64,000 bases of DNA, taken from assembly GCA_951406725.2 (NCBI GenBank), contig OX597830.1, positions 52,204,001-52,268,000 on the forward strand. The letters are read 5' to 3'. Shown one piece after another: positions 63,981 through 64,000 of this stretch. The position numbers were made by a program, and so were the translations under genes. Each line of letters starts with the position of its first letter. The stretch's first letter is position 1. The notes beneath the pieces were generated by a model. The model searched no databases and had not been told where the DNA came from. It saw nothing but the letters and a program-made list of their open reading frames with translations. This DNA comes from Octopus vulgaris. Taxonomy: Eukaryota.

Positions 63981-64000
63981 ATATATATATATATATATAT

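Overview
This is eukaryotic (animal) AT-rich, repeat-dominated DNA, either intergenic or intronic. The extreme load of (TA)n/(TG)n/(AAT)n/(GATA)n microsatellites and the recurring SINE families look like octopus/cephalopod genomic DNA; this is my recognition, not a database result. No host protein-coding gene can be supported, and most listed ORFs are translated microsatellites. Supported content: one near-full-length CR1-type LINE (51331-55000, minus) with a CCCH-finger ORF1 and a frameshifted APE-RT ORF2; about 10 R4/Dong-type LINE fragments, mostly at (AAT)n arrays; several Penelope-like (GIY-YIG) fragments; Tc1/mariner remnants; a non-autonomous Helitron; four tRNA-derived SINE families (my labels A, B, C, E); an unclassified AAT-associated non-coding family (D); and three local duplications. 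The most interesting signals are four. (1) A set of minimal type I hammerhead-ribozyme motifs, two with the U3-A8 core variant, one just downstream of a Penelope GIY-YIG ORF. (2) A fold-back of that same Penelope terminus centred exactly on the hammerhead GAAA. (3) A 3' stem-loop with compensatory changes shared between the CR1-type LINE and SINE family B, suggesting a LINE-SINE partnership. (4) A loop-less 78-bp palindrome. All coordinates and alignments were read by eye; boundaries of degraded elements are approximate.
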